Below are positions 36,893 to 47,265 of a DNA stretch of 64,000 nt, one piece after another. Position 1 is the first letter of the stretch; every line of letters begins with the position of its first letter. Position numbers and translations under genes: made by a program. Origin of the DNA: Minutocellus sp. GHC0000111 (taxonomy: Eukaryota); NCBI GenBank assembly GCA_977018835.1, contig OZ361258.1:2170001-2234000 (forward strand), written 5' to 3'. The notes below the pieces were generated by a model that saw only the letters and a program-made list of their open reading frames with translations, made no database searches and was not told the origin of the DNA.

Positions 36893-39800
36893 CTAAAGAA
36901 TTGATTTTTGTTTGACTCTCTTCCTTCTCATCGTTCGCTGCTTTTGCATGGCGCCAGGGCCTACCGATGGTGCTACTGTCGGTTCAGCGAGATCCGATAA
37001 GCCGGCATCCATAAAGAAGTCTTCATTCGATTCGTCGTTGTCAGCTCCAGGCCTATCCGTTTGACCTTGCGCCGACTGCGTTGACCCAGGATGGTCACCA
37101 AAAAGCGGACATTTTCTGATATGCCTCACGTCTTCGTCGATCTCTTCCAAAAAGTGGCGCGCCTCCTTCTGTAGCAAGACCCCAGAATCCAGGAGGAGCT
37201 TGATGTATCGAGCGGTTTTATTTTGAATGATTGTGCAGAGGTAGTGACTGATGACATGCTTGAGCTTCTTCTTATTTTGCAACTTCAACACTTCCTTGGC
37301 CTTCCTCACCTCTCCTTTACTCTCCTTCATAACCTCCTTAAATGCAGCCATTGAGCGTGTTGTGTCGACATTCTTGTGCAGGTGATTTCCGGCCAATTCG
37401 TCTTGCAGTCTATCCTGTGCCTCTTTGTGGGCGTCAATAAACGATAATGCTCGAAGTACATTGAGCCGAAACCTTTGGTATTCCAAAGGTGACGCGATGT
37501 CAACCAGTTCATCGATTCGCTCCTTTACTCCCTTCCTTTTGCCACAGCAACTTCCTGCAACTCTATCCGCCGTGGCCTCGCTGCGAAGGTAAAGCTCAAT
37601 GGACAGATCATTGGCTGTCTTCCAGTCATTCAACGGCGACCCCCCACTTACAGCATCATGAGCAAATTCCACCGATTGTTCAAGATCGTAAAGCAAAAAA
37701 CCATTGTATTCCCGAGGGTCCAACTCTCCATCGCGAACCTGCGCTGTGTAGGCCGCACGTAGTAGTTCCAAGAAGAGCAGCCGAGTCTCTTTCAGCAGGG
37801 TAGGATCCGCCTCTTCCTTTGGTGCAGCTTCTTCCACGTCTTCCGCTATGTCCTTCAGAATTGTTCGCTCTTCTTGAAAATTAACAGGTGCCATAAAAAT
37901 ATCACGCTGGGCCTGCACGATACTTGCGCGAAGAGACGAGGCGTCCTTAATGTAAGGAAGTACCTGATTCAGGTTCGGAGCCTTGTACACATCTGGGTGT
38001 ACCGATGCCTTGTTGTCATCAACAGCATCTTTGAGCTCTTGCGCCGTAACATCACGAAGGAACTTGCAATGGTACTGCACCAGCGCAAAGTCAACAAAAA
38101 AGAATCTTTCATCGGTCATCAGATGAAGAAAATCATCGAGAACTCGTCGCCGAGTTGATTCTTCCGCGCACTTGATAATATGCTTTCGGGAATCAGTCGA
38201 ATCAGCCAGGCCAAGACGTATCAAAAGAGGGCCACAAAGAGGTCCGTTTATGCAAAGCGTCAATAATGCGATACCTCCCACCATGCCGAAGAGTTCCGTG
38301 GTCATCATTCGGACGGTTTCTTCATCTGAGTTAGCTATCACAATATTATCGAGGCCGAGGGCAAGAGTGATTCTGCAATGGATTTTTACATGAAAAAGCA
38401 GGCAGGGAAGGATAAGTGAGAATGAGCAAGTTCATAAAGCATTCTTTTTGTGGATGCGATCGCAATACCTCTACTAGACCCAATAGGAATCAAAACGAAC
38501 TCACCCTACAGCCCCACGGAGCCCACCGGCACTCGCAAAGAATGTTTCCTGCCAGGTAGTCTTCAGGCCAATTCTTGATGTGAGGGGGAAAGACCAAAAC
38601 AAGCAAATGAAGCGAATAATATTGACCAAGATGAAGAGCACGAAAAGGTACCCCCAATCTTTTCCTTGCCACGTATCGCGAGTAATGATCGAACCGAAAA
38701 CTGTACCACCGAGGGCAAAGATGACCGTATTCAGTAGGTGTTCGAGGAGTGACCAAAAGCTATCCATAACCTTCCAATCAGATATCAACCCTGCAGCAAA
38801 AGCCTTTGTAAAGATTCCAGTAGTAACGACGGCAATGACTCCACTGCATCCGGCTACTACTTCGCTGACAAAGAAGCTCAGGTAGGCAATGGCTACGGTT
38901 GCACTGACCTGCAAAACGATTTCTTCCTTATCCTGCCGGCGATCAAGCTTGTAGAGGATGAATCGCAGGGCGATGGCAAACGCCAGACCAATTCCCGCTC
39001 CTCCAAGGGCCATTCGAAAGAACAAGGCAAACGCCTCACCAACGGTGCTGTCTTCGCCTAGGGCAACGATGCCGACTTCGTGCAGAAAAAGTCCACCAAA
39101 GACGAAGAAAAAGACCACGGCGGATCCGTCATTTAGCAAACTTTCGCCACTGATATGGATCTTGAGACTTTTTCATGAAAAAATGGAGCGACAAAAGAAG
39201 AATGGTGAGCAAGAGTAACCATAATAAACGAAAAGAAGAAATATCCCTCCCCCCCAGCTGTTCACTCACCGAGGCGGAGCTCCAACCTCGTTGAGAAGGG
39301 CACTGACAGCAACGGGATCTGTGGCAGCCAAGATACAACCGAATGTGAGGGACATATACCAGCTCCATCCGTAGGGGAAGACGTAAAATCCAACCAGAGC
39401 CGTCAGTATCGTCGAGATGAGCACAAGAGGAAACGCCAACCAAAGGAGCTGGTTGATGCAGGCAGTCAACAGATGGAAATTGATTTCGAGGGCATCCTTG
39501 AAGAGCAAGCCGGGGAGAAATACTGTGAAGAGCACTTCATTGTCAATTCCGGTCCACAGCTGGATTGATTGGCCAAGGACATTGGCATCGCCACGCAATT
39601 CACCGCCGACGCCCATTAGTATGCCAACTATAAAAAGGACAGCGGTATAAGGGACGGCGTGAACGTATCGAGTTAGAACGAAGTAGACCAGGATGCCAAT
39701 GGCCTGGATGAACCACGGGAAAATTACGGCATAAACTTCGTGGGCCTCGTGATGATCACCGCCTTCTTCGCCATGCTCTCCCTCCCCAGTTGCGCTGCCA

Positions 39801-39919
39801 TGCGTCTCTTCCTCCTCGGCAGCATGGCAGTAGCCGACACTGCGTGCAAGAGCTATGAAAAACAGTCCCAACAAAGCGGCTGATTGATTCGATTGAATTT
39901 TCCCACGGAGACGAGCCAT
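36893..39919 (-). CDS. CPA1 Na+/H+ antiporter (SOS1/NHX7-like); introns 39168-39269 and 38373-38504
   Basis: 'VFLPGLLFKDA', 'ILAATDPVAV', 'ISGESLLNDG', 'GGLRGAVG', plus a long cytosolic tail; both introns are in frame. Confidence 0.92.
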
Positions 39920-40799
39920 GTCTGTAAAACGCTTCTGATGCGTTGATGCGGATCTTTTGCCTTTTTTCCCGCAAAAAGTCTTTTCGCGCTTTGTTTCGAT
40001 GCCGCCTTGAATTCTGGCACAAGATGTGATGCTTTTTATTATCAGTATCACTGAGGGAGATGAAATTCAAAATACTGGCCGAATGAGTGATGGGTTTGCG
40101 ATTCTTCGTGCGATTGGATTGTTCACTTTCTTGCGTGTGTTGGTTGATGTGAGATGCGATAAAGTAGGCCTCTTTGCATAAATCTTTTCGCTTCGGGCGC
40201 AAGTACGAGCTCGTACAATTAATAATTGCTCAGCGCAGTCTGTCAAGCGACAACGACTTGACTTGCTCTCTCTCGGAGAAAGGATCGAACAAGACGCACG
40301 CAAGTCGATTTTTGCAATAGCAGGAATTGCCCGATTGTGTTGCCAGAGTTCGTCCCGCCAATTGCACTATTGCCGAGATGCGTCTTGCCCTTCTTCAGCC
40401 TGCTCCTGCTCATCTCTGGAGCTAGAGCTAGCTAGGCCTACGTGTAGTAGCAGATCTGCTCATTCTTCGCCTTGAAACCTGATGACGGACGGACGCTCCT
40501 GCATGCAAATACCCAGGTCGCAGGTCGCATACGTACGAACTCGTACGTTTTTCGCCTTGCCACCACAGCCGTCCATCTGGCCGCTTTCGAATCTCGAGCG
40601 AGCGAGTGGCGGCGCCTTGCTTTGCCGCGTTGTTGGCCATGTTCTTTGAAGTTGGCAACCCAACCCTCATCGGTCTCACAATTCCATTCCATTTCGGCTT
40701 TCCAAACAAAGCAGAGATTGAATTGCATTTTTTCCCCTACTCAATTCATATACATCTACGTATCTTTTTGTGACACATCATATACCAAATACCACAAAC

Positions 40800-42059
40800 A
40801 TGAAGCTCGCTGTCGCCCTTTCCCTCTTCGCTACCGCCTCGGCCTTTACCGTGCCGATGCAGCCGACCTCCTCCGCTCGTGCCGTGAGCGCTGCTACTGC
40901 TAGCGCCACCGCTCTGGAGATGGCCAAGCAGACCCCCCACGGAGGCAAGCTGGTCAACCTCATGACCGACGACGTCGACGCCGCCATCGCCAAGTGCACC
41001 GCCGAGGTCCAGCTGACTCCCCGCCAGCTTTGCGACGTCGAGCTCATCATGAACGGCGGCTTCAGTCCCCTGACCGGCTTCATGGACGAGGCCACGTACA
41101 AGAACGTCGTGGAGAACATGGAACTGCCCGACTCCGGCCTCCTCTTCGGCCTGCCCGTCGTCTTCGACACCGACTCCGAGGACCTCCAGCCCGGCCAGAC
41201 CGTCCTCCTCAAGGACGGCGACCGCCCCATCGCCACCGTCGAGTTCACCGACAAGTACGTCCCCGACAAGCCCCTCGAGTGCCTCAAGTGCTACGGCACC
41301 GCCTCCATCGAGCATCCCGGCGCCCTCATGGTCGCCACCGAGCGCGGCCAGTACTACATGGGCGGCAAGGTCACCGGCCTCAACGTCCCCGTCCGCGACT
41401 TCCCCTGCAAGTCCCCCGAGGAGGTCCGGGCCACCCTCCCCGACGACAAGGACGTCGTCGCCTTCCAGTGCCGCAACCCCGTCCACCGGGCGCACTACGA
41501 GCTCTTCACCCGCGCCCTCGACGATCCCCTCGTCGGGGAGGGCGGCGTCGTCCTCGTCCATCCCACCTGCGGCCCCACCCAGGCCGACGACATCCCCGGC
41601 GACGTCCGCTACAAGACCTACGAGGTCCTCAAGGAGGAGACCCACAACGACTGCACCCGGTGGGAGTACCTGCCCTACTCCATGCACATGGCCGGCCCCC
41701 GCGAGGCCATCCAGCACATAATGATCCGCAAGAACTTCGGCTGCACCCACTTCATCATCGGTCGTGACATGGCCGGTTCCAAGTCCTCCGTCACCGGCGA
41801 GGACTTCTACGGGGCCTACGACGCCCAGGACTTTGCCAAGGAGAACGCCGAGCGCCTCGGCGTCACCCCCGTCCCCAGCCTCAACCTCGTCTACACCGAG
41901 GAGGAGGGCTACGTCACCGCCGACGAGGCCGAGGAGCGCGGCCTCAACACCAAGAAGCTGTCCGGCACCAAGTTCCGCCAGATGCTCCGCGGCGGGGAGG
42001 ACATCCCCGAGTGGTTCGCCTTCAAGTCCGTCGTTTCCGTCCTTCGGGAGAACTCGTAA
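40800..42059 (+). CDS. sat: Plastid-targeted ATP sulfurylase (sulfate adenylyltransferase)
   Basis: 'ASAF' bipartite signal; 'GGFSPLTGFM', 'VVAFQCRNPVHRAH', 'MAGPREA', 'THFIIGRDMAG', 'LSGTKFR'; extreme C/G third-position bias. Confidence 0.97.
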   Translation: MKLAVALSLFATASAFTVPMQPTSSARAVSAATASATALEMAKQTPHGGKLVNLMTDDVDAAIAKCTAEVQLTPRQLCDVELIMNGGFSPLTGFMDEATYKNVVENMELPDSGLLFGLPVVFDTDSEDLQPGQTVLLKDGDRPIATVEFTDKYVPDKPLECLKCYGTASIEHPGALMVATERGQYYMGGKVTGLNVPVRDFPCKSPEEVRATLPDDKDVVAFQCRNPVHRAHYELFTRALDDPLVGEGGVVLVHPTCGPTQADDIPGDVRYKTYEVLKEETHNDCTRWEYLPYSMHMAGPREAIQHIMIRKNFGCTHFIIGRDMAGSKSSVTGEDFYGAYDAQDFAKENAERLGVTPVPSLNLVYTEEEGYVTADEAEERGLNTKKLSGTKFRQMLRGGEDIPEWFAFKSVVSVLRENS

Positions 42060-42555
42060 GCGTATTTGTATATGCACGAGAAAATAGCAAATATATACAA
42101 TACACAAAAAGGAAATGGAATCGATTCGCGTTCGCTGGGTTCATGGCAGAAAAGGCCGCTCGGTATAGCAAAGCATAGCAGGGCGGACCTTCTTAACCAA
42201 ACGCCAATGGGACCTTTGTTGTTACGTGGCTAGCCGTGAATTACTAGTAATGAATTGAGTTTGAATTCAACTAAATGTACCTAGGCACCGGTACTTATAG
42301 AAGCTACACTGTAGCCAGATATTCTCCCTATTGGAGGGTGTTTATATCCTGGCTAGATCTGCTGTCGCTAAATTGCTCGATTTACATGCTGTACTACGTA
42401 GCTAGTATCATGCCGGCGATGAGCTTTACTACGTAATATCACCCCCTTCTCTTAGATCAAGATCGAAGCAGAAATCAAATATTGCGCTTTCGACTTACCG
42501 CTATGACTGTTCGCGTTGTGCAAGTGGACTAGCAAAAAAAATGTACTCTATTTAT

Positions 42556-44223
42556 TTACTGTGTCATTCCACTGCTCTTCTCCTCTTCTTCCAATTCTCC
42601 TCCAACCTCTTTTCCCTCATCACCACCACCACCACCACCACCACCAACCCTTTCATCGTCACCCTCGTCATCAACTGGTTCCAACTCCCGAAGGTTGTCC
42701 TCCGTCCACTGTCTTGGATAGTCCTCGTCGAGCGTACCACCAATCACACTGGGAAGTTGCTCCTTCTTGATGCCATACGACGCCAATATTTCCGGCATCG
42801 TCTCGGGCTCTTCGTCGTGAACGATGAACCTCATCCGAGCACTGCGCTGGATGATCCACATCAAAAAGGGCAAGAACAGATTGCGGAACCACCGCCCGCG
42901 AGGAGGGATGCAATCGTGGAAGGCACACGTGCGGAGGGGGATGCAGTGGAAGTTGAGCTGGGCCCACCGCGTCAAGAACTCCAGGTTGTTGGCCTGCGTG
43001 TTCATGAGGTTGCCGATGTAGCAAAGGAAGACGACTCCGTGCCGGCGGGCGCTGGACTTGGCCATGAGGTTGGCCATGACGAACCAGAACACCTTGAGCA
43101 GACGAAGCTGCGCCTCTCTGTCCTCGGGGGTCTTGTCGGCTCGTAGGACGACGATGCCGCGGCCGTACTTGTCGTATCCTGGCAGCACGTAAAATATGTC
43201 CAACTCCAGCTCCCTCCGACAATCGTCTTGGATGGACTGCAACAGGTAGGCATCGTCGCGGAGGGCATCGTCCTTGCCAAACAGATAGGTCTTCATATCC
43301 CAATAGCTGGCCATGCGTTCCGCCGCCCTCTGGGCGTTGTACTCCTCGCTCTCCAGAAATTCAATGACCCTGCCCTCCTCCAATACCTCGCGATCTCGTT
43401 CCTTGGCCTCGATCAGGGCCGCCTTTTGCTTGGGGGGGAGGGCCTCGATCTCCCGCTCCAGCGCCTCGATCTTTTCGAGCAGCCACGACGACAGCGCCTT
43501 GACGACGGCCGCCCGGAGCGCGTCGTTGACCTTGGCGTCCGGGGTGGACTGGAAGCCTCGGCTGTACAATCTGCCCCGATCCTCGTCGGTCAGCGGATAC
43601 TGCGCAAAGGACTCTTTCGAGAAGGCCTCCTCCCCCAGCAGCCGCTCCCGTCCCGCCCAGTACCGGACGATCCGCCTGGCCGCGGCAGGGACGTCGCGAT
43701 CCTCGGCCTCGAGGAAGGGCAGGACGTGCCGCGGGCACGACAGCAGGACCGGGTGGGCGATCTGGGCCTTGAGCTGGGCCAGCCGTTCGGCCGGGGGGAT
43801 CTTGTTCAGCGCCGCCTCGACCGAGGCCGCGGCCCGCTCGGCCAGGACCTGGTCACCGTACGCGCTGCCCGCCGGGGGGAGGCCGTACATGTCGGCCTGC
43901 GCGCGGGCCCGCTCGTCCTCCGAGGCGTAGTTGAACTCCAGCTGGTGCACCGCGTCGGTCATGTGCGGTCCTTTCCGTATCTCGAGGGGGAGCGAGGCAA
44001 TGTCCTCGTCCAGAGATGAAGACGAATCTATACTGGCATCGTGCTGGGAATCTACTACTAGATCCTCCGATGCATCGGCGGCTTTGTGGTCATCGTCATC
44101 GTCACCAGGATCAGCTGCTGATGGATGGGGTTCGTCGTCATCGCCAGAGTCTTTTGACGCCGTACGGAGGCAGTCAATCCCGGTAACCCTCAGGGCTTCC
44201 GCCGACGATTCGCTGTCCGACAT
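42556..44223 (-). CDS. CRAL-TRIO/Sec14-like lipid-binding protein with a duplicated N-terminal motif
   Basis: Two copies of 'FL..E..d...AA.R...YW..r..lfG'; 'PGYDKYGRGIV'; 'YGIKKEQLPSVIGG'. Confidence 0.75.
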   Translation of the reverse strand: MSDSESSAEALRVTGIDCLRTASKDSGDDDEPHPSAADPGDDDDDHKAADASEDLVVDSQHDASIDSSSSLDEDIASLPLEIRKGPHMTDAVHQLEFNYASEDERARAQADMYGLPPAGSAYGDQVLAERAAASVEAALNKIPPAERLAQLKAQIAHPVLLSCPRHVLPFLEAEDRDVPAAARRIVRYWAGRERLLGEEAFSKESFAQYPLTDEDRGRLYSRGFQSTPDAKVNDALRAAVVKALSSWLLEKIEALEREIEALPPKQKAALIEAKERDREVLEEGRVIEFLESEEYNAQRAAERMASYWDMKTYLFGKDDALRDDAYLLQSIQDDCRRELELDIFYVLPGYDKYGRGIVVLRADKTPEDREAQLRLLKVFWFVMANLMAKSSARRHGVVFLCYIGNLMNTQANNLEFLTRWAQLNFHCIPLRTCAFHDCIPPRGRWFRNLFLPFLMWIIQRSARMRFIVHDEEPETMPEILASYGIKKEQLPSVIGGTLDEDYPRQWTEDNLRELEPVDDEGDDERVGGGGGGGGDEGKEVGGELEEEEKSSGMTQ

Positions 44224-44848
44224 TCGAATTGGTTTATGCAAGATACGCCGTACCTACTAGTAGGTACTTAGTATAATGTGAATGTGTTTCAGGTTTTCTC
44301 GTCGGCCGGGAATGCTTTGCTTCGGCCGCTCCTCTGTTGCTTTCCCGGCCTTTGCTTCGCTCCGAGCACGTCTTGTGCTCGCATTTTTGCCGGCTTGCTG
44401 CCGTGGGATTTTACGACACCGATCTGAGGGAGATTGGTTTGGGCGTTAACATGACATGACAAAAACAAAAATCTAAATCGTCATCGGCACACATGCCATC
44501 TGCGTTTCTCCTTCTTGATGGACCGCGAGTTGTGTGCTGTGCTACTGTGATGTAGCAGAAGATTGGTGGTCATTAAGAGTGGGGAAGTGTGGATCTATGC
44601 GGTACTGTTACCGGTACCGGTGCCGATGCGGTTGCTACCCATGCCTTTCTCTTGCGCGTCAAGTCAGTCATCAGTCATCATCAAGCAACATCAACGTCTT
44701 GCAGTCTTTCTTCTTCTCTCTCTTCATTCCTTCTTGATGCCCGCCATGAGAAAAATGGCCACAGGTATTCCGAACAACAAAACCTAGCCAACTAGTCGTA
44801 GTCGCATCTATCTCTGCACATCCTTCTCCCTCTTCTCTCACACTTTTA

Positions 44849-45397
44849 CTAACGGAACCACTCATCAGCCCCGCCAATGTAGTCGAATAACTTTCCATAA
44901 CCAGCCATGGCTGCATACTGCGCTGCGTAATTGCTACGGACGCCAGCCTTGCAGGTAAAGACCAGCGTCTCGTCGAGGCTTGGCTTTGCAAATCCATACT
45001 GTTCTTCGAAATCATCATCGTCCAAAGTAAATGCGCCTTCCTGTGCGATCAACGGCAATGGCAACGTGTAGGTATTGGGCGATACCTTGCCGGTGAAGGC
45101 AACCTCTTCTTCTCCTCTGACGTCCACGACGACGTAACCGGACGCCTCTCGTCCCTCCGCTTCGTATTCGTTAATAATTTGCTCGAAGACATCTTTCTGA
45201 ATGCGGTATATCGGAGGTGGCGTCTGCGAGTCGGCTCCCATCCATCTCTTGCTCGTACTCGCGGAGGAAGGAATCGACCCAGAGGCAACCACACCATTGC
45301 GGGCAACTAACCGGGTGGTAGTAAAGGCGGCCACTTCACTGGCACACCTCGCAGCGAGGGCGGCCGTCGCGAGGAGGAGGGTTCGTCGGCTGGCCAT
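44849..45397 (-). CDS. Single-domain rhodanese (sulfurtransferase), plastid-type presequence
   Basis: 'VVDVRGEEE', active-site 'FTCKAGVRS', 'YIGGADEW'; 'VAAF' cleavage motif. Confidence 0.9.
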   Translation of the reverse strand: MASRRTLLLATAALAARCASEVAAFTTTRLVARNGVVASGSIPSSASTSKRWMGADSQTPPPIYRIQKDVFEQIINEYEAEGREASGYVVVDVRGEEEVAFTGKVSPNTYTLPLPLIAQEGAFTLDDDDFEEQYGFAKPSLDETLVFTCKAGVRSNYAAQYAAMAGYGKLFDYIGGADEWFR

Positions 45398-45678
45398 TTT
45401 GCGCAAAATGACGCATGTCGAATTGTTTCGTCCGTCCGTCGGCCGTCGGCAGACAAACATGGGATATGCGATGCACTGCGGAGATACCGGACCGTCGAGG
45501 GCAGTTTGATCTTGCCAACGACGAAATTCATCTGATCTACCGTACAAACAATGGGCCTAGCATTCTAATCGAATAATCGATATGTACTTTGTCTTCTTCG
45601 TCGAAGTTGCACGGCGCAAGAAGTGAAGTCATCAATCGATAGCATTCCGACTTACTTGATATTATTTATGCCCCAAGG

Positions 45679-47170
45679 ATGGCGTTGAAGGTTGTGCATC
45701 TCCTTGCGTTATTGATATTGGGATATTTCGGAGTAACGCTCGAAGTATATTGGATACTTGATTCGCATAGCAGAAATGGAGCGCAGGTCAGCGGCCGTCC
45801 AAACGGCGGTGTGAGCAACGATGCCCATACTTCCGATGCGCCGGGCACTGTGGCGAAGCCCGTAGCAGCAGCATCCCTGTTGCGAGGAAAGCCAAAGGGT
45901 GCCGTGGAACAAGAGCTTGTCAAGAAGTTTGCCAAAGTCAATCCAGTAAAACCAGTGGAGGCAAAGGTTGATCCTCCACACTATCAGCAAAACCAGGACC
46001 GTAGCGAATCATCGGCGCCGGCTCTTCTCGTTGAGAAATCAAGGCGCTTTCCTGAGTATGGAACGAGCGAGTACTTTGCAATGTGCCCATATATTCAAAA
46101 GAGTGCCCTTCCACCTCCGTCTGTTGAAGGATGTGCGTTGATTATTCATCCCAGGCCCGATAGCAATGAAGGACTTGCGGCCTGGGCGAGCGGGGTCGTC
46201 CAAGGCCATCTCGTTACACGTGCAACAGGTTGTCGTTTTATGTTCGACTACGGACCAGGAGTGGCGATTGAAACATTGATCACGCCACCGAGCCAAGCTC
46301 TCAATAGCGATGACTGGTCCTGTTTGGTCAGCAATTGGGCTATACCACCAAACTTTCAATGCGAGAGGGAAAATGCATGGACCTGAAGAGCGAGACGTTA
46401 CAAACCAAACGTCTGATGAGCGTTTTTAGACACCGATACGATAAGTCACCTATGCACGACGTGCCTGAGTACAGATATAGCTATGTGGGCATATCTATCC
46501 GCTTCAATGCAACTCAGTTTGATTATCTTCAATCATATTTGCCAGGATGGGATGTGCGCCTCGGGGCAGCATGCTCAATGCAATTGTTGTTCCAGCCAAG
46601 CAAAGCAATAATCAAGTACCAGCCTAACTTTTACGTTGACATTCTCCCGAGATTACGAGATGAAAAGACTCTGGTGATGGCTTTATACATCCGAGTTGGG
46701 TTGGCAGACAAGGCAGCTGCAGCTGAAAAGAAAGGAACAGAGCCTGTCGAGGTCATGAAAGGGCGACCGCAGAAAACAGTCAAGGCTCTCTCGCTCTGCT
46801 CGACCGCCATGGAGGAGGAGATACTTGCCACGAAAAAAGGAAGGTATGTGCGCCAATGCTTGATTTCTTGCCAAGTTATTTCGAGATGTACATATTCTCT
46901 CAATTTTAATTTTGCATATCGCACGACGCTCACCGTGCTGTATTGCTCTTGATCCACGCACCTTAGATCCTACGACCGAGTCGTTTGGTTGGTGATAAGT
47001 GACAGTATGGTTGTGAAAGAAACCATGTCTGAAGAGTACGGAGGAAAGGAGATAAAAAGCAGCAACAAAGACATTGAAGAGAGAAATTATCCACACAACG
47101 GCCAAGGGGATGCATACTCGACCGAAACGTGGACCGAACACAATTGATTTCGCTTCAGCATTTCTCGAGA
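45679..47170 (+). pseudogene. Type II membrane fucosyltransferase-like glycosyltransferase; frameshift ~46370, intron ~46844-46966, 3' end lost
   Basis: N-terminal TM; 'NEGLAAW', 'ALYIRVG', 'VVWLVISDS', 'KGMHTRP...PNTIDFASAFL'. Homology to the paralogue at 55517-57230 stops at ~47166. Confidence 0.65.
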
Positions 47171-47265
47171 CCGAGCTCATAAGCGTACTATCGGTAGCTA
47201 CATGTTGTCTAGCTAGAGTACAGTATGTATTGTCATCGCTCTCGATGTACGTGTTCATACATGTA

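Noticed and set aside
40746..42107. 453-aa antisense ORF over ATP sulfurylase (similar shadows at 17232-18473, 43228-44019, 52400-53533)
   Set aside because: Shadow frames produced by strong GC3 bias of the sense gene; no independent motifs.
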